A DNA stretch of 62,567 bases, filler included, from Hausera hauseri (GCA_046269625.1; 11 parts of 11 records of this genome joined end to end with filler, not necessarily neighbours in it), one strand, 5' to 3'; positions 24,282 through 37,781 are shown, counted from the whole stretch's first letter. Made by a program: numbers and translations. Notes: a model not told the origin generated them from the letters alone.

Positions 24282-25326
24282 GAGACTTGTTGGGAGAAAG
24301 AAGAGGATTGGTGAGTGCAAGGAGGTGAAGAAGATGGAGGGAAATTAAAATTCTTTTTATAATGTTTACAACCAGGCACACATGATCTAGCCCGTGACTG
24401 AAACTGTGGTAGACACAAATGGGGTTTTCCACAGCGTATCGTTCGCTGTAGAACCGACAACCCACAAAACACTTCCTAGCATCCCTTCGAAATCGCGTGT
24501 GATAAAAACAAGTCATGCGTCCTCCAGGTGAAATGGATCGAGCAGGGCGTTTGGAAATGCTTCTCTCCCTTACAGGTCTGGTTTCGCTTGGTCGAGGCCT
24601 ATTAAGATTATTTAGTTGGGTAGTAATGGCTACAATTGACTGCTGTAACTCGCCAAACTGTCGCTGCATCAATTCTAATGGTTGTAAGAATGTAGTGTTG
24701 TCTGACGGGGTGTGAGCGGTTGTTGCGACTACTGGCTGTAAATTATTAGACTGCAGAATATCAAAACTTTTGTCTGCTAACAAGGCGAGTTTTTCAAGGG
24801 CAGTAGAGTCGTCTACTACAGTGAGCAGTGCCCGGACAGAGGTTGGCAAAGATGAAAGAAAATACCGACGAAGAAGATCGGCATTGTTTGTGGGAGTGAC
24901 GCCCAAGAAGCTCAATTGCGAGATAGCAGTTTTAAGGAAATCCGATGGTTTTTGATTTTCGATGGCGTGTTCATTAAAGTATTCCTGAATTATGCTGTCG
25001 ATGGAAGGGTCGGTGACATGTAAAACTGATTCATATGGCACATCATACGGGCTTGAAGAAGAGAGTATATCAGCCAGATTATTGAATTGCTGCTTGATGT
25101 TAGTTGGATGTAATAGCAGCAAACTGTTAGCCCGTGGAAAGAAATCTGTAATATGATTGGCATTGAGCCACTGCAAATGAAACTGTAATCAAGTGCGGCT
25201 CGAGTTCGTTTTATCTAGGAAAAAATCTGTGCAGGGGAGATTTGGAGATGTAGTTGGTTTATGGTCGATATGACGACAACCAGATCTAACTTTGGTTAAG
25301 TTTTCTGCAGAAGGATCACGGTCTGA

Positions 25327-25512
25327 TCCACCACGGATACGAAAATGAAGAGTGAGGTGGATGATTTTGGACGAAAATGCAAAAAGCGGATCATGGATAT
25401 GAAGTATTTGGTCGTGATATAATAAATAAAAATCCGATATATAAAGCATGAGGGCCTAATGTCTGTGAAGACAATGTAAAGTCTCTTGGTTTGTGGCAAT
25501 GAGAGTGCAGAA
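25327..25512 (-). other. Ubiquitin-like domain ending in di-Gly at the N-terminus of Gypsy Gag
   Basis: FCTLIATNQETLHCLHRH*ALMLYISDFYLLYHDQIL...IHLTLHFRIRGG-S, in frame with Gag; compare ubiquitin LHLVLRLRGG. Confidence 0.65.
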
Positions 25513-25789
25513 NNNNNNNNNNNNNNNNNNNNNNNNNNNNNNNNNNNNNNNNNNNNTTAATTAATTAANNNNNNNNNNNNNNNNNNNNNNNNNNNNNNNN
25601 NNNNNNNNNNNNTCAAATGGCTAAACAATTTGTTGCAGATCAACAAACACCGACAACATTTACCTATCAATTAACAACCGGACAATGCAAAGAAACTGAT
25701 CCCAGTGCAAAAGAGCAGAGACCTGATGAAAATTCTGTGTCTAAAAATACTGTAAAAAAGATAAAACTTGATGAATAATCTGTTATTTG

Positions 25790-28700
25790 TATTTATTTTG
25801 ATGTTGCGCCTGACCAACTCATTTCTATTCGACCGCCTGAATATATACTAACTACATTACATTTGTACACTTTACGATTTTCATCTTCTAAGGTTCAGTA
25901 CGGTCTTGAAGTTTTGTTTTCGAATGCTGAAGATGACTATAAAGAAGCTTACATTTCTCGTAGAGTCGTGCCTTATGAGCGATCTTATCCTCAATCTGTA
26001 GACGATGGTTTACGTGAGGAAATTGCGATATTTGCCGAAATGGATAGTGGATGGAAGATAGTTAAGACTTTAAAGTACTGCTTCCATATTGTGAAAACGA
26101 GCACACTACCATATTTGTCCGGATTATCATATCTGCCAACATCTGAAGCCTTACGAAATGCAACGGCCGTTGTTAATGTACAGAATAAGGACAATTTGTG
26201 TTTCTTATATTCAATTATGGCAGTGACCAAGTATTCGGCTATCGACCATAATAGATGTAGAGTTAGTAATTACACTCCTTTCTTAGGTGAGTTTAAATAT
26301 TCCTCGGATGATATGCCTACAAAAATATGTAACATAGGTAAATTTCAGAGACAAAATCCACAGTTGTTAATTACTGTCGTTTTGTTTCACGAGGATGAAG
26401 ATGAAGTTGAGTTCAATGAGGATATTGTAAAAAATCTATTCGTTGATATTTTGTATCAAAGCAAAAATCCGAATGGTACTGTAGTGAACTTGTTGATTTT
26501 GGAAAATGATAATAGGTTTCACTATGTTGCGGTTCCTAATCTTAATCGACTATTGAACATACGTTCTAACAGTATGAGAATTCAATGTAAGCATTGGTGT
26601 GAGAAATGTTTGCATGGCTTCATGTATGACACTGCTTACGCTAAGCATTTACCAATTTGTATGTCTTCTTCCAAGTGTATGACTTTGTATAAAATGCCCA
26701 AAAATAATTTTTGTGAATTTAAGGACTGGGCAAAATCAATAAGTCGTCCTTTTGTAGTATATTCCGACTTTGAATCTGTTTGTTGTTCTGATGATACTGT
26801 TAAACATATTCATTTGCCTGCTGCTGCCGGTCTCTTATTAGTTTCATCAACAGGTATTGAATATAGACTATTTGTTTGTGAAAATTCTACTGTTAAATTT
26901 TTGGCTTGTTTAGATGAAATTTGTAAAACCACAGTTTTGCCTTGCTACAAAAATTCGAAAAAAACGATGATCCCGTTAATTTTTGTTGAATGATTTTGGA
27001 TCAAAATTGCCACGGCTTGTTATCTTTGTCAGGAAAATGGGTCTGACTTTGTTCGAGATCCCTTCCTTGTTGCGGGCAAATTCTTAGGACCTGCTTGCAA
27101 TTAATGTAACGTGGCTCGTCATATCAGATACAATTTACCGGTTATGTCTCATAATTTGCGTGGATATGATCTTTGTCATATTTTAAAACACGCTTTAAGT
27201 AAATTTTATACTTGGGAATTAAGTGTTATTCTTCAAACAACAGAAAAATTCCTGACAATACAGGCAATTATACGCTGCTCAGGTAAAACGTCAGTTTCCA
27301 TTTGATTTCTGAACTCCTTGCAATTTTTACTGGTTTCACTTAAGACTTTAGCTTCGAACTTAGATAGCTGCCCATTCACTGAATCGGCTTTTCCATCTGA
27401 CATCATTAAGGGTAAAGGTATTTTTCCATACACTGCAGCGAAAACATTCAGTGATTTGCAGTCGATTTCGGAATTACCACCAAAATAAGATGTTGTTAGC
27501 GATAGCGATTATGGGGAAGCGCAACTTATCTGGTCAAAGTATAGATGTAGTTGTCTTTTAGATTACATGTTGGTATACATAAAACTCGATGTATATTTGT
27601 TAGATGTTTTTGAACGGTTTTGAAAGCAGGTTAAGTTGTAGAATGGTTTAGAGGCGATTAATTTCGTATCCATTCCCGGAATATCTTGTGAAACAGTATT
27701 GAATACAGGTCTTTGTAAGACTGAGCTAATTCGAGATCGTGAAATGTGCAGTTTCTTTCAATAAGGTATTCGCGGTGGCACGACTTTTGTAAATATGTAT
27801 CGGGTTACTACCGATGAAAGCACCAGTCTCTTTCATATAGATGTAAATAATTTGTACTGCTGGGCTTTATCGCAACTTTTGCCATTTGCGAATTTGGTGT
27901 GGATTTGTAATCTTGAAAAATTAAATAGTCTTATTGAACAATTGCCTTATGTTGACACTGCTAGGGAAAAATGAGGCTTAGTCTTTGAAGTTGATTTAAG
28001 CATTCCAGCTGATAATCACGATAAATTTGACCAACTTCCTCTTGCTCCAATCAATCAGTGCCTTCCTGGTTCAACAATCAAGAAATTGTTGCTGACACAT
28101 GAGCATAAGTCCAGTTATGTTATTCACTATCGGCTGTTACAGTTATACATCGAGTTAAGCGCTGTAGTTGAGAAGGTACATCGGGCTGTTGAGTTTGACC
28201 AGGGTTATGTTTATAAGGATTACATAGATATAAATATTGCTAAGAGGGCTGCAGCGAATAATACTTTTGAAAACGGCTTCTTTAAGCTTAAAAACAACAG
28301 CTTGTATTTGAAAACAGTTGAAAACCTGTTGAAAAGGTCAAACTTGAGGCTGTGTAATAATGCTAAAAAGCTAATTACATATGCTAACAAGGCTCAGTTT
28401 AAAGAGAGTATTATTATAGCCGATGAGCTGGTTGTAGTTCTCCTCGATAAAGACATGGTTACATTAGATAGGCTCTCCTAAATTGGTCAGGCCGTACTTG
28501 ATCTGTTCAAGTTACGGATGTATGAACTGAATTATATCGATTTGGAGACGTATAGGCAACAGTTTCATTGTGAACTTAATATTATAGCCGGTGACACAGA
28601 TAGTTTCTTCCTCGAATGTCGTGGTGTTGATTTGCGATCACAGCTCTTGCCGACAGTGATTTTTAATAAACATTTGGACACTTCGAACTATAATAAAAGT

Positions 28701-29063
28701 GACCCGCTGTACTCAGCTCGTTTCGCATCTGTAATAGACAAATTTAAGGACGAGACTAAGAGCTGTGTCGAGTATTAAGAGGAGATTTTCCTACGGCCGA
28801 AATCATATGCCTTGAAAATCCAAAGCAAATCAGTGCTCAAATGCAAAGGAATCAACCTCAGACAGACATACTTACAGTTTCACAGCTACCTACACGCATA
28901 CGAAACCGGTTGTGCGACTATGGTGGACCAGCAGTGAATTGGGACAAAACACCACCAACTGAAGACAACCAAATCGCGAAAAAAGGCCTTGAATCCGAGT
29001 GATGATAAAAGGCAGTGGATGCATAAAAATAAAAGTGTCGCATATCGACATTGTTCTATTTGA
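25790..29063 (+). pseudogene. Polinton protein-primed DNA polymerase B, near full length, decayed
   Basis: DSGWKI, NVQNKDNLCF...HYV (vOTU-like), VYSDFES, HNLRGYD, KGIFPY, IRGG, DVNNLY, KLKNNSLY.KT, AGDTDS, KFKDE and DDKR. Confidence 0.92.
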
Positions 29064-29244
29064 TTTATGTTTGATTTGTTGTTATATCAATAAACATTTA
29101 TAATCAGACTTATTTGTTTCTGTTAGTTAGGTTTTAAGTTTTTTAGTCATAGCAACTTTATAAGACTTTGTAGTCATAGTACGTTCGTAAGATTTTGTTA
29201 ATTATAATACGGTTAACAATAGTAAAAATGTGAACATAAAATTT

Positions 29245-29445
29245 AAATGCTTTGTTCTCAAGGTGGGAATAGTGAAACCATAATGAGGCCTAAAACGTTT
29301 TGTTCTCGGGAAGGGAATAGTGAAATCATGATTAGATCAGAAAATACAGCGAATTTTCCTATGGCGGTCTCGAATAGAAAAGGCCTTGTTCGCACCCAAA
29401 AAATACAGCAAATTGTCCTATGGGGGTTCTCATCTGGTGTCCTAT
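29245..29445. repeat. Polinton subterminal direct repeats
   Basis: tttgttctc...gggaatagtgaaa twice and aaaatacagc.aatt.tcctatgg twice, right after pPolB; the first motif also follows the second pPolB copy near 44320-44355. Confidence 0.55.
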
Positions 29446-30119
29446 CAATCTGCTCAAAAAAGTTTCTGAATATTTTGTATAAAAAATCCCGAAGAAACAG
29501 TGAGATAGGAAAACTGAATATTTATTGATTTTAAAGGTGAAAGAAGATTTCTCGAAGTGTGTTTAAATTGGCGGATTAATCCAAGGATATTTTAAGGTCA
29601 CCATATTTTGTTTAAAGTCAAAAACATTATATAAAATTATTGTGCAATATGCCGTTTGTTTAATTTGGAAATATAAGTTACATGATGCAAAAAATAATTT
29701 CAATTTAAATGTGAAATAAACTGTTGAATGATATTGTAATTTGAAAAATTAAAATTCGTAAAACTTATCTAGAAACTTATGTAAAAATTTTGTCAAATCC
29801 AGGACAGTAATGATTCATTCACTGAAAACCTGGTGTAAAATATCGAGTGGTCGGAGAAACCAATTTAAATCATCAAGAACAAAGAACAAGAATTCTGTGG
29901 GAAAATGAAATCAAACCTATGGCAACCTGATGGCTCAATGTTAGCTCTCTTGAACTAATTAAAAGTATAAGAACATAAGAACATGCTGGTACAAACACCT
30001 TCGTAAAGAACCGATTTATTTGGGAAGTAATAATTAAAAAATGAAATAAGAAATAATTTACAAAAAATATAAATTGTATTAAACAAAACATTTAAATAGA
30101 AAATGCAGTCTAGATAATT

Positions 30120-30932
30120 TTACATCCAATTCATCAGCATCATCAAGATACTCACAATAATTATCAACATCAAAAATCCTACTCCTGCCGTACCAAGCAA
30201 ACAAAGTTTCTTGGAATTCACAGATTTGTGATGATCAGCTGCTGCACTCAATTCTTCCTCAGCATTCGCAACATATCTATCTGCAATTTCAATATTATTT
30301 GCAATTCGATTTATCTCATCACCTTGCTCATAAACTAACGCACTCAATTTTACAAACATGTCTTCAATTTTCACAAGATCATTTTCAATCTTTTCACACT
30401 GTTTCATATCTTGCAAATCTTGTTCAGCTTGTTGATGTTCCAAAATTGACAATTGAAAATTATTTGTTGGTGCTGCACATTGCCAAATATCGTTATTTCT
30501 CTGAGACTCCAAGAAAATTGGTAAGTTTACACTTGTTGAGTTTCCACGTAATGCTGATTGAATATCTTGACAAACCTTTTGAAACATTTTGACCTCATAT
30601 TTTGCCTGTGTTTTCAAACAAGCTATTTTGTTTGTCTTATTTACAAATTCTTTATGATGCTCTTCTGGCAATGACAGACAATCAATATTTCTTCTGACGT
30701 CTTTGTAAGCAATGTCAGTTTTGTGCATCCAATTTTCGTATGCACTAATTGACCCGACATGCATTTTTCTCCACATGACATTATGAGATTTGTTGTTTGT
30801 TTCTAACCTTAATTTCTGTAGGGATTCTTCAATGATCCTGACTTTTGTATCCCATGACTTATCATGCGTGGTACTAATTTCAGTACTGTTGATATTAGCA
30901 GAAAACGGAAACATATTCAATATGACAGACAT
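30120..30932 (-). CDS. Syntaxin (Qa-SNARE), possibly syntaxin-17-like; intact and intronless
   Basis: SNARE motif IENDLVKIEDMFVKLSALVYEQGDEINRIANNIE, a C-terminal TM helix, and an N-terminal WRKMH..SISA segment resembling STX17 WDKLHEEHINA. Confidence 0.8.
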   Translation of the reverse strand: MSVILNMFPFSANINSTEISTTHDKSWDTKVRIIEESLQKLRLETNNKSHNVMWRKMHVGSISAYENWMHKTDIAYKDVRRNIDCLSLPEEHHKEFVNKTNKIACLKTQAKYEVKMFQKVCQDIQSALRGNSTSVNLPIFLESQRNNDIWQCAAPTNNFQLSILEHQQAEQDLQDMKQCEKIENDLVKIEDMFVKLSALVYEQGDEINRIANNIEIADRYVANAEEELSAAADHHKSVNSKKLCLLGTAGVGFLMLIIIVSILMMLMNWM

Positions 30933-32251
30933 TGATTACTGTAGTATTGTTCACAAATCTGTATGATATTTTTATAAATTTTTTAATAAATGAAAGAAGA
31001 TTATTATCCAAGTTTTTTTATCTAATTTTGTATTGGATGATTTTAGTAAAATGTTTGAATGAATAATTTGTTAAACATTCAATTCTGGCATCAGGAAGGA
31101 TCAAGAAGGACGTGTTCACAAGAAAATTTATCAAATTGAATAAAATCGTATTATAGTTTATGTTGAAACATTTATACATATTAAAATGCATGGAAACAAT
31201 GAAAAAAATTATTTGTCAGATTTTTATCATTTGAATTTTACAGTGAATACCACATTTGGTTCTTGACAGGTAAATAGAGTTTTGCAGCATGAAACTAATT
31301 CAATGAATTGATTTTAATTTCATTTACATGATTTCGTACTTTATTGACTGTTCTGCAAATTATGTAAATGAAATTAACATTTTGTTCATTGGATTGGTTT
31401 TTATTGGTTTCTTGGTAATGTATGAATTTGTACATTGCATCAAACTTTTAGTTTGCTACATTTATCCATCTGTGTTTGTCTCGAAATGAAACATCTGCAT
31501 CAGGGAGAGAAGAGGGGGCCGTCATGGCGAAGAGGATTGTGTTTAGCCTTCAGTGAAGAAATAATGGTGCGGAGAGGGCTTGTGCATTCTGTCCGATATT
31601 CGGTGATGATGAATCACTTAAGATGCACTTAGAGGCTTGTATCTGTGTTATAATCTATGTGCTGATGCATCCGCTTGTGCTTGTCTGTTGATAATTTATT
31701 TCAAAGCGTCTTCGCCCTTACAATCGCATCTAGTCAATTTTGCGTTGTATGGTTTGAGAATCCGTCACGATCATTGCATGCAATTTTCTCTTATCACATA
31801 GCCATCTTAGTTCTGCTGTTGCCATTTTTATCTCCCGCAGCGCCCAATTCGTGGATCCCGAAACTAAATTATAAATAAAATTATTTTTTTTTTAAATTAT
31901 TAAAAAAATCATAAACATGATTTTATACAGGGCGCCCTTGACATTCACCTATCAGTACCTGGCCAGTCTTACACATTATGTATAGTGTATACATCGACGA
32001 TGTTGATTGGTGGACTGGATGTGGTAACTGGAGGAGAGAAGACGAAGCTGTCATTGCCCATTGAAGGTAAATAGCGATTCTTGATTAGGAACGAACATCA
32101 CAACACACTTTCTCAGTCAGAACCTGATTTTGCGATCTTCGGATCTTTCCANNNNNNNNNNNNNNNNNNNNNNNNNNNNNNNNNNNNNNNNNNNNTTAAT
32201 TAATTAANNNNNNNNNNNNNNNNNNNNNNNNNNNNNNNNNNNNNNNNNNNN

Positions 32252-32700
32252 CTTGTGGGATAAGAATGATAGTCACTGCTTTTTCTGAAGAAATTTTATT
32301 TTAAAAGTAGGAAAGGTGAGCAATTTAAAAAGGAATGTTGTACGTCTACGGCTAGGTATGGTTCGGGTTCAGTAATTGAGCGGGGTTTTGGATTAGACAA
32401 CTCTACATGTTATCTATTTGGACAACAAAATCCATCTATCTTCATGCAAGATAATTCCAAAGTTGGGTGCAGTTGAATGACTGGTCAAATCAAAGCCCCA
32501 ATATGCATCCCATAAAAAATCTTTGAGAAATATTAGTGCCGAATGTCGAAGAAACTTATCCCAACAGCTTTGATGAGCTATGGGAAGTTCTGCAGATTCA
32601 ACGGAATAATATTATTCAATATATGATAGGCCGCATTATCAAATCGATGACGAACCGTATGCACATTCAAAATATAGATTGATGTGAAGGTGTGTTACTT
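32252..32700 (+). mobile_element. Tc1-like transposase remnant
   Basis: AFSEE, MQDN and DWSNQSPNMHPIKNL motifs, heavily decayed. Confidence 0.6.
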
Positions 32701-33010
32701 GATCTAGTAAGTATTATTAACAAATGGAGTAACATAAAAAATAGTTAGAAATAGTTAAAGACGATAACACTTTCCGTTCAAATTACCATCCAAATACAGT
32801 TTGCAATAGGACATTTTTTCAGAATATTGGCTGGTTATTGTTAATTTCTTTGTATGCTGTAAACTCAAAAATGAGGTATTTCATGGCTATATTAACCAAT
32901 TAAAAGTAGGAGCAGAAATGATTTGAAGAAAATACAACGTGAATATGCAAATAATTTCCATGTAAGGATCCTGGAAATCTTTTATTGGATTAAAATTTAT
33001 GAAAATCACG

Positions 33011-34250
33011 TACCGGGATTTTCCGAATATTAGCCCAGGGTTTATATTCGGAAAAAATATTTTAACGTGTGCCAAATTTTTCCAAATATAAGCCCTTCCA
33101 AAATTAAGCCCATGGGCTTACATTCAGAAAATTTTCTCATTATAGTTGAAAGGCAAAGATAAGAGAAAAGGGGAAAAAGAAATAAGACTTGGTTGGACAA
33201 ATACCTCCATTAAAAATTGAAATAGATTGCAATTAAATAAAAAATGGGTTTTACTAAAAGATATTTCTATAAATATGTTACCAACGGGTTGTAACCAATA
33301 CATCCAACCATTACATTAATACACAATAAATATTAAGAACACCATGTATTTATTTATTCAAATGAATGTTGAACTGATTTTTCTCGATTGATAATAGGGA
33401 GATTTTAATCTCTTTCAATAAAATCAATTTCGTCACTATCCACGGCATTGCACTCAACATCAAAAAAGTTGTCATTGATATTATTATCAGATTTTTTTCC
33501 AACAGGATTAACTGACGTTTTGGACTCAAACAGCTTTTTGAACTTCAAGGCCTCCAGCTGATATTACACAGCACTCAAAACTTCTCGTTATGGATTTCGA
33601 ATCTATCTGATCAAGTGCTGTGGAGACGATATTCAATACATTTTCAGAGCTTGGTCTTTTGCGATATCTTTTGGAAGTAAATTCTTTTGTTCCCTCAGCT
33701 ATCCACTCGCTCCATTCGAATCTCAAGAAGAACTTGAAAGAAGAATTAACACCCACATCCAACGGCTGTAAATACCATGTTGTTTTGGGCCGAATGAATA
33801 AAATTTCAAAATTTAGCTTTCTCAATTCTGTCAAAACACTTTTTATGGCTCTAAAAGTGCCCATGATAAACAAGGATTTAGCAAAGAATTTCCTCTTTTC
33901 ACGAAACGCATATTTATCCACTTCTTCATTATAAATTCATTCATTGAACGTCCCTCGGAAGCATCAACGGACAAAGTTTTTGGAATTGTACAGTTTAAAA
34001 TATTTTTAAATCCCGTAACTATAACGAAACTTTTCAAAAGTTTGTTTGCTGTAGAAATACATAAGACAGCAGAAAATCTCGTTTTGCTATGGCCCGTTCC
34101 AAACGCTTCGACATTCGTTTCGCCAATAAATGAAATTGCTGACGAGCCTAACATATCTACATATATAGGCATTTCATCCATATTGAAAATGGTATTATCA
34201 TTGTGTCCTATTGTGGTAGTTTGTAACTTCAAAACGTGAAAATATTCATG
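33011..34250 (-). mobile_element. pogo/Tigger-type transposon (DDE_1), 5' part cut at the neighbouring Tc1
   Basis: IFNMDEMP, RFSAVLCIS, LQPLDVGVNSSFK; TIR-like taccgggattttccgaatattag at 33011. Confidence 0.75.
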
Positions 34251-34252
34251 TA

Positions 34253-35889
34253 CAGCCTTGGGAAAAGTTTAAGGACACCAAGTAAAATTATTTATTATTC
34301 GCAAATTTTGAAAACATGCAATTAATAGAAACAAAACACAACAATATGAATCATTTAATCAGTACTTAGCAGCATATCCTTTATTCTTAATAATCATTTC
34401 AAGTCTCTTTGGCATAGATTCAACAAGATGGCGAAAATAATCTTCATTGATTAAGCGGAACCATCCCCAGATTATTGCAGCAATCAACGTCGTTCGGTTG
34501 GTGACATTCTCATTTCTTAGTATTTTTTTAGTGGCACCAGGCATTTTCAATAAGGTTGATATCGGGAGACTGTGCCGGCCAATCATTAAAAAGGAGATGA
34601 AATTAGCATTTATTGGTTACTGTGCATAGTAACCTATAAATGATGATTTCATGACATTAAATGATTTTTTCTCATCATTTGAAGTGTTTCTGTTCATAAT
34701 AAAAAATTTTGTTTGTTATATTTTTTGCTGTTACATAGATAATTACATTGTGATGGGTAAAGCAAAACAAATTTCTTCCGAATCAAGCAGTGCAATTGTA
34801 GCACTACATAAATGCAACAAAAGTATTCGTGAAATTTCAGCAATGGGGTATAGTTCAAAATCGGCGGTTGGATCCATTATCAAAAGGTTTGAAGATGTTG
34901 GTAACGTTGATATCAAATGACCGGGACGGCCTAAAATCTCTACAGTTCGTGAGAGGAGCATGTTGTTAAGAATAACCAAAGGACATCCATTTTGTGAATC
35001 TACTGAATTGAGTACCAGATGGTTAAATGCATGTGGTGTTAATGCATCCACTTCAACTGTTCGTAAGCTCCTTGTGAAAAATGGACTTCGTGATCATCGA
35101 CCAGCACTTAAACCAATGCTGACACTTAATCATCGTAGAAAACGTATTGAATCTGCCAAACATTACCTTTATTGGTCCATCGAAGAATGGGAAACCATAA
35201 TATTTAGTGATGAATTGTGTTTTTCAATAAGCTCAGTTGGTGGTTGTCAGTTTGTAAGAATGGAGTCTGGGAAGCGTTATGATCCGCTTAACACTTTGTC
35301 AACAGTGAAGTATCCTACCTCAGTTACCGCATGGGCATGAATGAGTTATTTAGGTACCGGGCGTTTGCATGTTCTTAAACCAGGTGAAAAAATGGATGTA
35401 GCATGGTATCAAAAAGTTCTTAATAACAGAATGCTTCCAGCAGCATATGAATGGTACATGGATGGCCATTTCAAATTCTAAGATGACAATTCTCCATGCC
35501 ATTGAGCGAATGTCATCAAGCACTGGTTCCACGAAAACAATATCTACTTTTTAATGATTGACCGGCACAGTCTCCCGATATCAACCCTATTGAAAATGCC
35601 TGCTGCAAGTTAAAAAAGATTGTAAGAAATGAGAATGTCACCAACCGAACGACCTTGATTGCTGCAATAATCAGGGGATGGTTCCGTTTAATCAATGAAA
35701 ATTAATTTCGTCATCTTGTTGAATCTATGGAAAAAAAATTTGAAATGATTATTAAGAATAAAGGATATGCTACTAAGTACTGATTAAATGATTAATATTG
35801 TTGTGTTTTGTTTCTATTAATTGCATGCTTTCAAAATTTGCGAATAATAAATCATTTTACTTGGTGTCATTAAACTTTTCCCGAGGCTG
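34253..35889 (+). mobile_element. Full-length Tc1 element with ~340-bp TIRs and TA target duplication; transposase (34752-35783) inactivated
   Basis: TA|cagccttgggaaaagtttaa ... ttaaacttttcccgaggctg|TA; MGKAKQIS, GRPK, IIFSDE, DDNSPCH, WPAQSPDINPIEN. Confidence 0.9.
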
Positions 35890-35896
35890 TATAGTA

Positions 35897-37140
35897 CAGA
35901 GGTGACCAAATTATTACAGTTAACCAAGAAAATCAGACAAAAAACAAAAATCATTCATGAGTATATATATTTAATATTTAAACTGAAATTGTTACCATTT
36001 AGTAAATCCACGTTTGGCTTTAATGCATGCTTTGATTCGTTCGAGCATCTATCTGGTCATGGACAAGCATTTCTGAGAAATTGTTTCATCGCGATGCCAC
36101 GACTGAATAATAGATTCAACAAGTAACTGCTTGGCAATAATTTTGTACTGATGGACTTTATTCTTCAGAATGCTCCATAAATTTTCAATGGGGTACATAT
36201 CTGGATTGTTTCCAGGCCAGTCCAGTACACGAATCCCACTGTGCTGAAGAAAAGGGTAACAGTCTTTGCTTTATTGGCTGGTGCTCCATTGTGCATTAAA
36301 ATGCATTCACCAACATTACCAAACCATTCAGTCAGTTGTGGTATCAAACTATCTATTAAAGCATCTTTGTAACAAGCACCATTCATGTTACATTCAAGAA
36401 TTTTGATTCGCCCAGTATCAAAAGCACTGCAGCAGCTCCATTTCATGCATTTCTCAGGATGCTTGACCGTTTGACTAATACAGTTTTCAACTCCTCTGTT
36501 GGAAACCTTCTTACGTGTTGGCTTTGCTCATCCTTCACTTCAATATAACACTCATCCGTGAAGACAACTTTAGACCAATCATCAGAATTCCAGTGGGAAA
36601 GATTTCTTGCCCACTGATATCGTTTTCTCATCATCCCAGCTGTTGATTTCGTTTTCTTTCTTGGTCTGTGTGAAAATACGCCAGATTCACACAGTCTTCG
36701 ACGATTTGCGCGCTTGCTAGCTACAACATCATGTTCAGTCCATTTGTTTTGGAGCTGTGTAGAAGTTAGTCTTTTATTGTTCATCCCTGTCCTTTTTAAT
36801 ATCCGATTATCAAAAGGATTTGACAACCTTTTTCTTCCACAGGCTCCATTTCTTCTGCTTTTCTGTGGGATTCAGATCGGATGATTGTGGAGGCCACGTC
36901 ATGATTTTTGAGACCTTTTGCTTTTCTTTAATTTTTAAATAATTGAAACAAAGTTTCGAAGTGTGTTTACGATCATTTTCTTTTTGAAAGACAGATTCTT
37001 TGCCAATATTACGAGTACCAAATGGAACTGCATGATGTACTAAAATATACTACGATACACTTTTTTGTCAATTGTATACTTGAACTAAATTACCAATTTT
37101 CCTCTCGCCAAAACACCTAAATTTATCACATTACCTCCGT
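35897..37140 (-). mobile_element. Second Tc1-family element, decayed
   Basis: TIR start tacagaggtgaccaaatt; WSKVVFTDE, MHNGAP, DWPGNNPDMYPIENLW. Confidence 0.75.
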
Positions 37141-37218
37141 CATGCTTTAAATGGTAGAAATCGTAACAACAGAATTAATATATCCCAATTTAAAATCATA
37201 CATATTTTCGTAATTATA

Positions 37219-37528
37219 ATGAAAATCCATAGCAGAATATCTGTTGTGTTTTTGATATGTATTTCAGTCATAACCATGCTAACAATAACATCAAAATTAA
37301 ATCTGATGATTTTACTAAACCAAATCCGCTATTGGATTCTACCTGTTCAACAGGAAAATGAAGTGTACATTCCAACATGTGACGATGTTTCAAAAAAGAT
37401 GGTTGTAGGTAAATGGGTGACAAACAATTACACTTCACGTGAACTAGATGAGGTAGAACAGTATCACCAGAAAGTCAGAGCGTTTCATTTGATGCCACAG
37501 ACGTTACAGCGTGCGGATGGTCGTTGTG
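37219..37528 (+). CDS. First exon of a signal-anchored (type II membrane/secreted) host protein
   Basis: ATG, hydrophobic anchor ISVVFLICISVITMLTI, ...GKW...LQRADGRCG, then a canonical GTGAGT donor at 37529. Confidence 0.6.
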
Positions 37529-37781
37529 GTGAGTAGCTTGATTCATTCGGCATTGTCATTGATCCACAGTCATCGAGCGTCAGCTCTTATTGAAACATCA
37601 TTCGGTATTACCTCTTGATCTGTCTTGTCTTGTCTTCCATTCCATTCACAGTCATTGAGCGTCAGCTGTTGNNNNNNNNNNNNNNNNNNNNNNNNNNNNN
37701 NNNNNNNNNNNNNNNTTAATTAATTAANNNNNNNNNNNNNNNNNNNNNNNNNNNNNNNNNNNNNNNNNNNNCGACTGGAAA

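Larger units (their letters stand above)
21222..25512 (-). mobile_element. Ty3/Gypsy LTR retrotransposon, CsRn1 clade: Ubl-gag, protease, RT (partly deleted), RNase H, integrase
   Basis: Cx2Hx9Cx3C Gag motif; FLIDSGA; SPWASPLHVVTKKDG..RPCGDYRQLN; TDAS...YSTFDRELLAI; HH..C Zn motif; DRASRWP..TDQGPQF..SNGLLERFHRT; YVGPY. Confidence 0.9.

Noticed and set aside
11889-29445. One giant Polinton spanning the capsid and polymerase contigs
   Set aside because: The pieces are separated by artificial spacers, and there are two distinct core-protein genes and distinct pPolBs, so linkage cannot be inferred.
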